DNA of 63,261 nt, filler included, from Octopus bimaculoides (lineage: Eukaryota): NCBI RefSeq assembly GCF_001194135.2. It is 5 parts of 4 records of this genome, joined end to end, with 100 filler letters (N's around TTAATTAATTAA, not from the genome) between each part and the next. Parts side by side here need not be neighbours in the genome. Positions count along the whole stretch, not along the records: positions 1 to 16,360 come from NC_069002.1; positions 16,461 to 25,523 come from NC_068982.1; 3 more parts are not named here. The stretch is one strand, 5' to 3'. Below are positions 12,129 to 23,330 of this stretch, piece by piece. A model generated the notes under the pieces. It saw only the letters and a program-made list of their open reading frames with translations. It was not told the DNA's origin and did not search any database. How positions within the stretch are numbered: the stretch's first letter is position 1; each line of letters opens with the position of its first letter. The translations under genes were made by a program, and so were the position numbers.

Positions 12129-12671
12129 AAGAGAGGGAGAGAGAAAGGGAGAGAGAGAAAGAAAGAGAAAGAGGAAGGGAGAGAGTGAGAGGGAGGAAGA
12201 AAGAGAAAGGGATAAAGAGAGAGAGAAAGAGAGAGCTAAAATGACAGAGAGAGAGAGTGAGAGGGAAAAGCCAGTCAGGCGGTACTGGCAACGGCCACGC
12301 TCAAAATGGTGTATTTTACGTGCCACCTGCACAGGAGCCAGTCCAGGGGCACTGGCAATGATCTCGCCCGAATGTCTTTACACATGCCACCGGCACAAGT
12401 GCCAGAAAGGCGATGCTGGGCACAGGTGCCATTGACGGTTTCACTTTCGCTTGCCCCAACAGGTCTTCGCAAGCCAAGTTTCGTGTCCAATGGAGGAGAC
12501 GACGTTGGCATGGGTGCCAGTTGTTGAATTTAGTTCGATTTCGATTTCACTTGCCTCTGGTATACTCTCTCTGCTTATTACCTCAGTGCATCTGCCACAT
12601 ACAAACCAGTTTTTTTTGTGAAATAAAGAATAACAAAAACACACAGAATTTGCATTGAAACAATCAATTTT

Positions 12672-12677
12672 TTTATT
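12672..12677 (-). terminator. Candidate polyadenylation signal of ferritin B (AATAAA; ATTAAA variant at 12791-12796)
   Basis: First canonical AATAAA I found on the minus strand after the stop at 13489; implies a 3' UTR of about 0.7-0.85 kb. Confidence 0.4.
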
Positions 12678-13488
12678 TTCTTTGAATCTCAGACTATAAT
12701 TACACTCCAGGCTGAAATCTGGGAGATTTCTTACTATTTAGTTGGAATTACCGATCTGAAAGGTGCTATTGATGGAGAGGCTGAGTTACTTTTAATAGAA
12801 TTACAATTTTTGTGGACTTTTGACTTCATCTTCAGAAATGAAACATATATAACATATACATCATCATCACATTCGAATTGGTGAGATGTTTGATCGTCAG
12901 CAGCTGCCAGAGATACCACAACTTGTGGTTGGAAGGCTCAAAGTAAAACCAGGAATGATACCTCTTGCAAGTCTGTTTTTGTTTCAGGAAATTCCAAAGT
13001 AGAAAAACTAGAGTCTTTCTACTTTGGAATTTCATGAAACAGAGAGGAACAGTCTAGTAGAGGCTTTTACTGACAATACTTGTAATTTCAGGAAAAATGC
13101 TTATCTTCTGAAGGGACTGAAAAAGAGACAGAATTATGAACATACTGTACAAGTTTTTCAAACCCATCAGTTATGGATATATACATAGTACTGAGCTATA
13201 TTCCAAGCTGCTGTGCTCTATATACATATCCAGGAATAATACTCCTGATGACCATCGAAAATCGCACCCATTGAAATGCAGTGTTGATATAATAAGTTAA
13301 AATGTTTGTACTCTAAATATAAAGTTTACAGGTCCACAAAAGTTCTAATTGCTATAAGGGTATATTTGTAAGTTAAGGAACACGTTCGGGGTTGGTTTCT
13401 GAAATATTTTTCTTTCTCACTGTAAGGTTTCTGATTGTGAGTTTAAATCATTTGGAAACTTCTAATCTGATGGGAAACATTCCAAAGC

Positions 13489-13626
13489 TTAACTGTCCAG
13501 GTTCTTGTCAAAGATATACTCTCCAAGACCCTTGCCAACCCTTTCGAGGTTAGTGATATGGTCAGAGAGCAGTTTGATGTCATCGACCTGTTCTCCAAGG
13601 AACTCAGATTCAATGAAATCCATCAT
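13489..13626 (-). CDS. FTH1: Ferritin copy B, last coding exon (exon 4)
   Basis: tttctttgttttag|ATG. 138 nt, MMDFIESEFLGEQVDDIKLLSDHITNLERVGKGLGEYIFDKNLDS*. Ferritin C-terminus with D131/E134/Q141 equivalents; in frame with exon 3. Confidence 0.96.
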   Translation of the reverse strand: MMDFIESEFLGEQVDDIKLLSDHITNLERVGKGLGEYIFDKNLDS

Positions 13627-13937
13627 CTAAAACAAAGAAAGAAATAATTAGATATAATGAGTGTCTTCTTGAAGTAGATAATGTGTGAAAATATACATGT
13701 TGTGGAGGATGGGGCATGGTTTAAGTTAGATTATGAAATAGTCCAATGTAACTTTGAATTACTGTGCTAAATTTTAGAATAGAGAGTGAGTTAATGGCTC
13801 AAATATTTTAATATTTTTACCATTTATTAAAAATAATTGACTGTGGAAGACATGGAAGAGAATTTTGGTTGTGATTCCACATGACACATATGTATCAAAT
13901 ATCTTGGTTGCATTCTTTATTTCTTATTTACACATCA

Positions 13938-13990
<53 letters not shown>

Positions 13991-14718
13991 CCTACCTACC
14001 TACCTACCTACCTACCTGGTTGCCTGCTTGCCTGTCTATTTATCTATCTATATACTCATGCATGTATGTGTGTTTGTGTATATATGTATGTATATATATA
14101 TATGTGTGTGGGCATGATTTTTAAAATGAGAATATCTGAAATAAACTTGACTGCTCTCACAAACGAGAATACTAAAAACGAACGTGACCACCCTCAAAAA
14201 TTAAGTAATAAAACAGGAAAAGTAATCCAGAATCCTTGTCTGATACCAGATTAATCCCAAAATCTAATCAGTTTGTGCCAGTCATGAGGCCAAACATCCC
14301 TGAAAGTTTCATCTGAATCCATCCAGCAGTTCTTGAGACATCTTGTCCAAAGACAAACAAACAAATGCAACTGAAAATAATGCCTCTGCCTTTGCTATGG
14401 CAGAGGTAATAATGGTTTCAGATTTTGGCACAAGGCCTGTACTTTTGAAAGAAGGGGTAAGTCCATTACATCAACCCCAGTTGTCAACTGGTATCTATTT
14501 TAACAGCTCTGAAAGGATAAAAGATAAAGTCGGCCTTGGCAGAATTTGAACTTGGAACATAAAGACTGATGAAATACTGCTAAGCATTTTGCCTGGCAGG
14601 CAAACAATTCTGCTATATTGATACTTGATATATGTCACTAATGAAAGCATAGAATGCTGTACTCCAGCATGGCCACATAAAACTAGTAAAAGAAGGGAAA
14701 GAAATAACAAAAATGTAC

Positions 14719-14844
14719 CTGAGGATCCCCACTCTCTTCTGCAATCTTATGCAGCTTCAGTAAAGCTGCATTGACATCTTTCTCCAGGTCCAGAGATATT
14801 TCAACTGCTCTCAGTCCACCTCCCCAAGCATCATGGGCTGGTTT
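14719..14844 (-). CDS. FTH1: Ferritin copy B, penultimate coding exon (exon 3)
   Basis: ttttattttctag|AAA...CAG|gtacat. 126 nt, phase 0/0, KPAHDAWGGGLRAVEISLDLEKDVNAALLKLHKIAEESGDPQ. Ferritin helix C/D with the E107 equivalent in LEKDVN. Confidence 0.95.
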
Positions 14845-15054
14845 CTAGAAAATAAAATACGGCGGGGGGAACATATAAATGATGTGTTTCTTTGGTGAAA
14901 AAATAAAGAGAAAATAAATGGTGGTAGAGAATTCATTGTATTGGAAAAATATTTCTATTTCTATAAAATATTTAGAAAAATGATAGTGGCTGGGTGGAGG
15001 ATATTAATTACAAGGACAAAATTATTTTAAATAAAAAAATAAACACGCCCTTTT

Positions 15055-15288
15055 AAAGCCCAGCCAGGCTCATGGGCCCGGTTTCCCGGTTTCAATGGCG
15101 TATGTGTTCCCCAGTTGGACGGGACGCCAGTCCATCAGAGTGTTACTCATTTTTGTCGGCTGAGTGGACTGGAGCAACGTGAAATGAAGTGTTTTGCTCA
15201 AGAACACAATGCGCCGCCCGGTCCAGGAATCGAAACCACAATCTTATGATCATGATGCTGATACCCTAACCACTAAGCCACGCGCTTC
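15055..15288 (-). mobile_element. tRNA-derived SINE (third family), in the intron upstream of ferritin B exon 3
   Basis: Minus-strand head gcgcgtggcttagtggttagggtatc...ggtttcgattcctgg has A and B boxes, followed by gtgttcttgagcaaaacacttc. A decayed copy lies at about 33480-33660. Confidence 0.7.
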
Positions 15289-15408
15289 GACACAAAAATT
15301 ATTTTAGAGAAATATTAACCGATACTTCATTGGTTATGATAATGAGGGGACATAAACACACCACCATTGGTTATCAAGTGATAGTGGGGGCACAAATACA
15401 GACATAAA

Positions 15409-15457
<49 letters not shown>

Positions 15458-16161
15458 NNNNNNNNNNNNNNNNNNNNNNNNNNNNNNNNNNNNNNNNNNN
15501 NNNNNNNNNNNNNNNNNNNNNNNNNNNNNNNNNNNNNNNNNNNNNNNNNNNNNNNNNNNNNNNNNNNNNNNNNNNNNNNNNNNNNNNNNNNNNNNNNNNN
15601 NNNNNNNNNNNNNNNNNNNNNNNNNNNNNNNNNNNNNNNNNNNNNNNNNNNNNNNNNNNNNNNNNNNNNNNNNNNNNNNNNNNNNNNNNNNNNNNNNNNN
15701 NNNNNNNNNNNNNNNNNNNNNNNNNNNNNNNNNNNNNNNNNNNNNNNNNNNNNNNNNNNNNNNNNNNNNNNNNNNNNNNNNNNNNNNNNNNNNNNNNNNN
15801 NNNNNNNNNNNNNNNNNNNNNNNNNNNNNNNNNNNNNNNNNNNNNNNNNNNNNNNNNNNNNNNNNNNNNNNNNNNNNNNNNNNNNNNNNNNNNNNNNNNN
15901 NNNNNNNNNNNNNNNNNNNNNNNNNNNNNNNNNNNNTTTATATAATAAAAATTTAGAAACTTTGAGAGAACGTGAAATATTTAATTTTTAACAGTTGAAC
16001 TGGAAGAAGATGGTGTTATAAATGATAGCTTTTTTTCATGCTTTACTCTAAGTTGAAAAAGTCACAAAGGCTGAAACCAGTCCTAAAATGTTCGTCATGA
16101 TAAAATTATTTTAGCATTTTCTACCTTGTCTAATTGGGTCGAAAAACTTTGAGTTTAACCA

Positions 16162-16325
16162 TTAACCCTTTAGCCTTTAAACCAGCCAAATCCGGCCCAA
16201 ATATTCCACCTGTTTTATGTTTAAACTGGCCAGATCTGGTCTCTCACACCTACCCTACAATATTGTTCTTAAAACTAAACAATCACATCATTGAAATCTT
16301 GAAGTTATGAGATAGTGCATGATTA
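16162..16325 (+). mobile_element. TTAA-CCC-ended (piggyBac-like) MITE fragment; an opposite-type end ...AAAGGG-TTAA lies at 34510-34736
   Basis: ttaaccctttagc at 16162; atcaaaagggttaa ending at 34736. Confidence 0.45.
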
Positions 16326-16360
16326 ACATATATATATACATACATATATATATATATATA

Positions 16361-16460
16361 NNNNNNNNNNNNNNNNNNNNNNNNNNNNNNNNNNNNNNNN
16401 NNNNTTAATTAATTAANNNNNNNNNNNNNNNNNNNNNNNNNNNNNNNNNNNNNNNNNNNN
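16361..16460. other. Artificial 100-bp scaffold spacer: 44 N + TTAATTAATTAA + 44 N (also 25524-25623, 49164-49263, 52409-52508)
   Basis: The identical 12-mer, a stop in all six frames, is embedded symmetrically in N runs four times. Confidence 0.92.
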
Positions 16461-17148
16461 ACATACATACATACATACATACATACATACATACGTACAT
16501 ACATACATAATTACATACATAAATACATACATAAATACATACATACATACATACATACATACATGCATACATACATGATGATTGTATTATTTTGTGAGAC
16601 GATAGCCTTCTCACATTCAGCCCTACCGTCCTAATTTACATGAATCTTTGCATGTGCGCAGTTATTATGAAATAGAAAAATGGATCAAGAAATGTAATGT
16701 TAGAAATATCTGTACGTCATTTCATTTAAGTGACAAATGCTCGTACAATACATTTGCCACTTTTTTTGAAGCCCGTACTAGGTTCTAGTGACAAGCTTTG
16801 CATATATACGTACATGCGTGCATGCATACATACATACATAGTAATAGAGTAATGCAGATAAACACAGTTAGGATACACACACACACACATATATATATAC
16901 ACATACACATACATATATATATGTATATTTACATAGGGGACCAATAAAATACAGAATAAAATATAAAGGAATTATTTAGCGGTGACGCCGGTTAAACACT
17001 CATAACGTTTTGCATATATCACTATCATTTAAAGATCATGATTATTACGTAACTTTTATCTTCATGAAACAGCTGTCGAGTTTATACATTACATATTTTT
17101 TAATGGAATTCTGTATTTATTGTGCTCCATATATATACACATATATAT

Positions 17149-17191
<43 letters not shown>

Positions 17192-17203
17192 AATATGTAT
17201 ATA

Positions 17204-17250
<47 letters not shown>

Positions 17251-17257
17251 ATGTATG

Positions 17258-17307
<50 letters not shown>

Positions 17308-17570
17308 CATATATATAACCTTCATAACCTCGATTTGACTTGAAATTCTCTTATAGCCAGTCCAATCTTGACGCTGTAGGCCTTGTCCTGGGTGAAGCAG
17401 TCGGAGTTGAAGTTCAGCTTCATTCGAGCACTACTGTGTGTTTTTTTTTATACTGAAGTTATGTAGTTCTGATTAATTGATTGTATACATACATAAATGC
17501 ATACATACTTACGTACATGCATACATACATACATACATACATACATACAAACATACATACATACATACAT

Positions 17571-17770
17571 GGTGGTTGTCTACTCCTTAAACAGAGTTTG
17601 ACCACCTCCTGCACCTACACCTTAGCCCTTTCATGGCGTCTGATGTGGCTTTTTAAACCAGACAGTGTTTTGAAAAAACACCCACACAGATTGCACCTCT
17701 GATTTGCACTACCAATACCTGCAAGTAAGTTCTGCTCATTGTGGATCCTAACATGTCTTTTAAGACCCCC
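17571..17770 (-). mobile_element. RTE-type LINE 3' end (5'-truncated) with C-terminal C2H2 finger
   Basis: GGLKRHVRIHNEQNLLAGIGSANQRCNLCGCFFKTLSGLKSHIRRHERAKV*, a short 3' UTR, and (ATGT)n on both sides. Confidence 0.7.
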
Positions 17771-17869
17771 ATACATACATACATACTGTTTTGCTTGTCT
17801 TCACGCAGATATTTGCAAAAACAAAACAACATAGAAAGCGAAGTGTATAATTATATATTTTTAGAATAC

Positions 17870-18074
17870 CTCCGTGAGGTGGTTGTCGGGCTGATCCAAA
17901 TACGTCTTTTGCGCCCGATCCCGCGTTTTTCCCACTTCCTACTCCAAGCCAAGATGGTTCCTGATATCTATGGGGAGTGATGCTGGCGTGACTCGGCGTT
18001 TCTTTACAGTTCTGTAGCATCAATAAGCTGGGTAGGTTCATTTCAGTGTAGAGCTTAAAGTTCGCATGGCGAAA
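17870..18074 (-). CDS. Thrombospondin-like gene, exon c (end of TSPN domain plus linker)
   Basis: acattttattttcaag|TTT...GGAG|gtattc. 205 nt, phase 0/1, FRHANFKLYTEMNLPSLLMLQNCKETPSHASITPHRYQEPSWLGVGSGKNAGSGAKDVFGSARQPPHG. In frame with exon b; ends the domain with the typical 'LL.LQ.C'. Confidence 0.78.
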
Positions 18075-18385
18075 CTTGAAAATAAAATGTGTGCATAATT
18101 ACAACACAGAAGACAATCAAGAACAATAATAACAATAATTGTTTCTTATATAGGATTAAGTCCAAAAATTTAGTAAGTTAAGGTGTTAGTCGATTAAATC
18201 GACTGCAGTCGTTTACTGAGAAATTACTCTGCCGACTCCCGACTTCGTCGTGTAGTTACATTTTGGAATGACCGGAAGTAGATGGAAAAAGAGAAAGTGT
18301 TTTCTGGGACAGGAGAGTGTGAAGAATGTTTGGTTTCTGTGTGTGGTGGTAGTGGCATGTATACATACATACATACATACATATA

Positions 18386-18446
<61 letters not shown>

Positions 18447-18699
18447 TCGATGAATACTAGCGAGTGATTATACGCTGACAAATAATGGAACTTCTTGGTG
18501 CATCATTTACGGTTGTTGTCTCGCATTTTCTGTCAGTGGACCTGCATTTGTAAACCATTTCTACTAGTATTCTCTGAAGATTAAAACGATGTTAACATTC
18601 ATCGAAATGGTTGATGTTATTTTTCTTGATCGTCTGCAAGTCGACGATGGTAGATGGTTATTTTTAGTTGGTGTGTGTGGGAGAGACTATAAACTGGGG

Positions 18700-19215
18700 A
18701 AGATGAGGATATGAGATTAAGCATCAGCTTGTTGGACAGCCTCCCGAGTCATTAACCACAACGTGTGGCTCTACTGCTTGATCACGGGTCTCTGATGGGA
18801 AACATCTTCAATGTATACCTTTTGACAAGTGGTGATACTACACATACAAAAGTGTAATGGGTATCGGCGCATCGTGAGGTCGCAATATCTCTCTGTTGGA
18901 AGCCTGGTCTAAATGCTTACAATAAAATGAACTCTGCTAAACGTATCCAAAGCCGGGAAGTTGTGGCTTTTTAACCAGACGTAAGAAGACGTGGAAGCCG
19001 TGACGCTTTATCACGTTAGCAGCACAAGATAGGTTGCTTTCCATGACTCAGAGTCTCATTATATATCTCACTGGGTTTTAGGGGAATGTAGAAGATTTAG
19101 TGTTCGCATTTAAGGAGATTGCAATGGAGTTATCTTCCTTTTCGTCTTCTGACTATTGGAAATGTTTGGGCTTCACTACGCACCAAACTAAGCACTTATC
19201 TGAGAGTGATCAAGC
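18700..19215 (+). mobile_element. Heavily decayed R4/Dong-like non-LTR fragment in a thrombospondin intron
   Basis: Stop-riddled frame containing GFLTRRKKTWKP*RFITLAAQDRLLS, reminiscent of EGFIMAAQDQSL at 23470. Confidence 0.3.
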
Positions 19216-19411
19216 TATTTACACCTGTAAAACACTTTTTCATGGGGGTAGACGAGCTGATAAGTATCGTAGTAAGTGATAAAAATTAGTGTTTGAAATT
19301 AAGCCTAGAACCGAGATATATCAGTGAGCCTAATGTATTTTAGTCTTGTTCTCACTTCTGTTATCATTGATTTTAAATGTACACTAGAGAAAAGAATATT
19401 GTTTAACTTAC

Positions 19412-19626
19412 CACAGTATGATTACTAAATACAACATCTCTAATGGGCAATTCTGTGTTGTCACGACCTATATTGACACAGTTAACATACAGTTCAATAC
19501 CATTTGAGTTCGATCTTAAATTCAGAAAACGAATTAATATTTTTTTATCTTTGTCTTCTTTAAGTTGTTGTGTTGGGAACCGAACTGCATACTCACGGCC
19601 ATCGAGGCTTTTCAAATTCACTACCA
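19412..19626 (-). CDS. Thrombospondin-like gene, TSPN/LamG exon b
   Basis: tttcatatttttcag|tg...GTG|gtaagt. 215 nt, phase 1/0, (V)VVNLKSLDGREYAVRFPTQQLKEDKDKKILIRFLNLRSNSNGIELYVNCVNIGRDNTELPIRDVVFSNHTV. ILIRFLNLRSNSNGIELYVNC resembles TSP-4 [21 protein letters not shown]. Confidence 0.85.
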
Positions 19627-21453
19627 CTGAAAAATATGAAAGACAATATGACAATCTTTTCGTTATATGAGAATATAGCATGGAATTTCTTGGAAGAGAA
19701 AATACGAATTCTTAACGTTCATTCTCTATCAAGAAAATTAGTAATGTTAGAAAAATGAAATAGTTTTCAATATGAATGGAGACAGTTTTTCCGGCGACTC
19801 GGTTTTATGAATCAATTTGTTTCCTCTCATCTATGGCAAGTCACAATTTGTTTTAATAATCGGGACACAAATTTGGACAGTGAATTGGCAGAAATCGTTA
19901 ACTTGTACTTATTAGGCTACAGCTTTTTACCTTCAGAATTCAGATCGGATGCTGACATTGGTTTTTTTCAGGTACTGTATCGGGATTGATTCAATCAACT
20001 ATGCTTCGCTTTCACTTCACAAATAATAGTGAGTTAAGTGTTTAATAATTAAGTTTATATTGCAAAAATCATATAGATTAGCTCCTATTTTGTAGTAAGA
20101 GATAAAATTTTGTACTGATTTAGATAGTAGCTAAAATAACACGCCCGCCAATTTCTTTGGAAAGGGAGTCTATGATAGATTTTTCGCTTTTTTCAGACAG
20201 AAGATTGTATAAATCATTAACATAGATATATATGTGAAAAACATTAATTAGATGCACAATAAAAGCTTTTTCTTTTTCATCTTAGAATATATAGTTAGAA
20301 TATAATGACCCGTTAGTTTAAGTAAGTTTAAGAGTAGGGTTGTATCCGAGGTTATTTTTATCTCATTTATTTAGCAATGTGGGATTATTAGAGTTTTAGT
20401 TTGCAGATGTAGCGCTGTGTATGTTCTGTTCTTCCAAAACTAACGAAAAGAAAACCAGATTTTTAAAAACAATACTAGACATTTATAACCATATCCACTT
20501 CAAATTTCATGACAAAGATGTAGCCATATTTTAACCATCAAGTGAGAGCAATGGAAAATCATTTCCGGAGAATGAGCACTGCAATCCTATTAAACTGTTG
20601 TCAGTTCCACAATTATGTTGTTATATTTACAACAATCGGTTATAGGTCTTGCAGTTTGTCCAGTACTTAATTAACAGCAATACTTGTTATTTATTATTTA
20701 TGTACGTAAAAGAGCATTTATTTCAAATTAAATCTCGGATTAGACCTATTTCAATTTTAGAAACCGGTTAATTAATGCATGCATTATATGTGGAACAACT
20801 GCTAAACTTTGATGCATGTAGTCCATACAATTTAATATATGCAGTTTATACAGGCTAATATATGCAGTTTGATGAATTTTGAACAATGTTTCATTGTTTT
20901 GCGGGAAAAATAAAGCGATTAATGTGAAATCAAAGCAACTGCTCGATTTAGATCCTGTTACATTTCTTTTATTTTGGTACAGTTTCAAGGACAATTCTCA
21001 GATTATATTAAAATCACAAAAAAACATTTTACAAAGGTATTGAATTTTCTCTAAACATTAAAACTAAGACGTAAAAAATGTTTACGGCAAAATAAGTGGT
21101 CTCCGGGAAAGAAAGTGTTGCTAAAAAGAAATATTTTGTTGGATAAACACCATCAGAAGTTCAAACCTCTCTTTCTCTCGTTGCCGTTCTATCTATCTAT
21201 CTATCTATCTAACCTATTTTGAAGTCGTAATTCATGGTAACTTTAATGCACACAACTCAACTCTTGGCTCTCATACATGTTACAACTACTAGTTCACATA
21301 TCCACTCTTTTTTTCTGTCTGCCTGTTTTGCTCGTATCACAGCGGCTTCTTTCATCCGAATTGAGTAGCTGTCTCCCCACCTCTTCTTCGAGCACATATT
21401 ACCATTTAATAACAAAATGGAGAAAGAAGTGTATTAATGTGAGAAGAGCTTAC

Positions 21454-21618
21454 CTTCACTCCGCTGGAAGTCAATGTAAGTATCAAACATGGTGTTCAAG
21501 TACTGGCCTTCGCTTTTCAAAAGTGTTGAACGTCCCCGTTGTTTATTGCTTTGAATAGTGCCCATCAACGCTAGCTCCGAATATGTCGTAAACGCCATCC
21601 CAGTATTTCTTTTTCGAA
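21454..21618 (-). CDS. Thrombospondin-like (group B, TSP-3/4 type) gene, TSPN/LamG exon a
   Basis: ttttttctttcaag|tt...GAAG|gtaagc. 165 nt, phase 1/1, (V)RKRNTGMAFTTYSELALMGTIQSNKQRGRSTLLKSEGQYLNTMFDTYIDFQRSE. By eye it aligns with the TSP-4 N-domain segment before the 'RYLKNDGKVHLVVF' region. Confidence 0.75.
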
Positions 21619-22859
21619 CTTGAAAGAAAAAAGACAAACATTTATTAAATATACAACAACAAACGAGGAATTTTCTGTTTAATAATGATGTTTATTGATT
21701 GTAAGTAATGAATGTCAGCAGTGCAAACCATTTCAATAAATTATAAAGGTTCAACATTTTATTTTCTCATTTTTGTAAGTCTTGTCAATGTGTGCACGTT
21801 AAAACACAATGCAGCGCTAGGTACGCTAAATCTGAAGAAAGTGGGAGCACCATGTCTGGTACGTCTTTGATTATATGTCTACTGAATCAGAACTAACTTG
21901 GGAGATGCTAAACAAAACGTTTGCAAACTTATGCCAATTACTGGAATGAAAATTATTATACCTGCTTGCCTATTTTTAAGGTAAATATGTCCCGCGTTTA
22001 TACTATTCATAACGGTATAATCTAAAACAGATTTCTTCCATCGGGAATTGAACCCTTTCATAGTTTCAGGTTACCAAGTTCATATCCCTATTCTAAAGTA
22101 CATGCTTTATTATATATTGTCTAATATTATATCGCCAATCAGATCATTTTCTTGGAATCCTCTCGTGGGCAGAGGAACAGCTGATGTCCTTCAAACTCAA
22201 TGGTGAATACGCTGATAAAGGATAGTGGTGCTGCGACTTCAAACATTGACTTTATAGAGTCAATGAAAAACCGCCGCATGCAGTGTAAGTGGTCTACCCT
22301 TATTCATATTGTTTTATACTCTCTGTAACTAAAATAATCTGATATAAACACTGTCATCATACGATGGTCGACAGAAGTTTATCAGAGGTACTTGAAATAA
22401 TTTGCATGCTTTGTCTCCTTTAAACCTTTTATTTTCGTATTTTCTTGATAATTTTTTTATTATTTAGTCTTGCAATCAAACAAAAGCATCGCGGTAAAGA
22501 TGTTCTTAAATAGGGTATAACGAAGCAGATAATTTTAGAAGTCTTTTCCCAAACTTTTCTAATGAATACAACAAACTTATATGGCATTTTATTGCTCGAG
22601 AGGCAACGAAAATCAGAAAAGTATAACATATTCGCATCCATTACAAATTACGGAGCAAGCAGTATGATATTATATAAATGAACAGCATTGGCAACTTTAA
22701 GAATAGCCACATCTCACAATACCGGCTTCAAGTAACATGCCTACCACACACATCGCAAAAAACCCAACAAAGACAAAATCAAACAAAAAAACAAAGCAAA
22801 ACAGAAAAAAAACCTTTAAAATAAATTTTCTAGCACAGTCGCCAAAAATCTTAAAAGGG

Positions 22860-23275
22860 ATGAGACGTAACTTCTACCAAAACTATGACCTTAATATCTT
22901 CCATTCACGAACAATAGAAGTGTATGGAAGACGAAAAACTAAAGGACCTAAGGCCTGAAAGAGTTCATCAACATCTTGAACTACTCAAACTGATTCTCTC
23001 AAATTCTTACAATCTGAATATACGGCAGAATAATAAAAATTCTAAAATATATCGTCCCCAAGACAACAATTCCAATGCAAACGATTCCATGCTATCTCAT
23101 CCTAAGTATTTCTCTTTCAAACTGACATGGAGACTAGCAAACTTCATACAAAGAATACAATGTTACATCAAGAAATAATAATAATAATAGCATCACAGCA
23201 AACTACAGCACATACCCAAGGCACACAGAGCTGCGCTCGGTAGTGAAGTGAAAGCACGCTATAAAAATAAAACTA

Positions 23276-23330
<55 letters not shown>

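Noticed and set aside
11977-12658. 152-aa ORF and overlapping ORFs
   Set aside because: Made of SINE A, (GA)n and a SINE-like fragment.
13420-13445. CAGTGA in the ferritin B 3' UTR as a second IRE
   Set aside because: No 5-bp upper stem or correctly placed bulged C.
15230-15288. tRNA gene
   Set aside because: A/B boxes are present but it continues into a SINE body; no complete cloverleaf or terminator.
16405-16416. Palindromic TTAATTAATTAA recurring four times
   Set aside because: Always centred in 44+44 N; an assembly spacer, not biology. Kept only as a caveat for gene adjacency.
17330-17432. GC-balanced island reading SARMKLNFNSDC..., faintly like a ferritin N-terminus
   Set aside because: Similarity stops after a few residues, there is no donor or IRE, and no usable phase-1 acceptor for TSP; probably a repeat remnant.
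17615-17770. Member of the cephalopod C2H2 zinc-finger gene expansion
   Set aside because: No TGEKP linkers, only one and a half fingers, followed by a LINE-type UTR and (ATGT)n tail.
22577-22637. MRICYTFLIFVASRAIKCHI as a signal-peptide first exon of the TSP gene (phase 1)
   Set aside because: Donor TAA|gtttgt is weak, an out-of-frame ATG lies 4 nt upstream, and hydrophobicity is modest; not supportable without transcripts.
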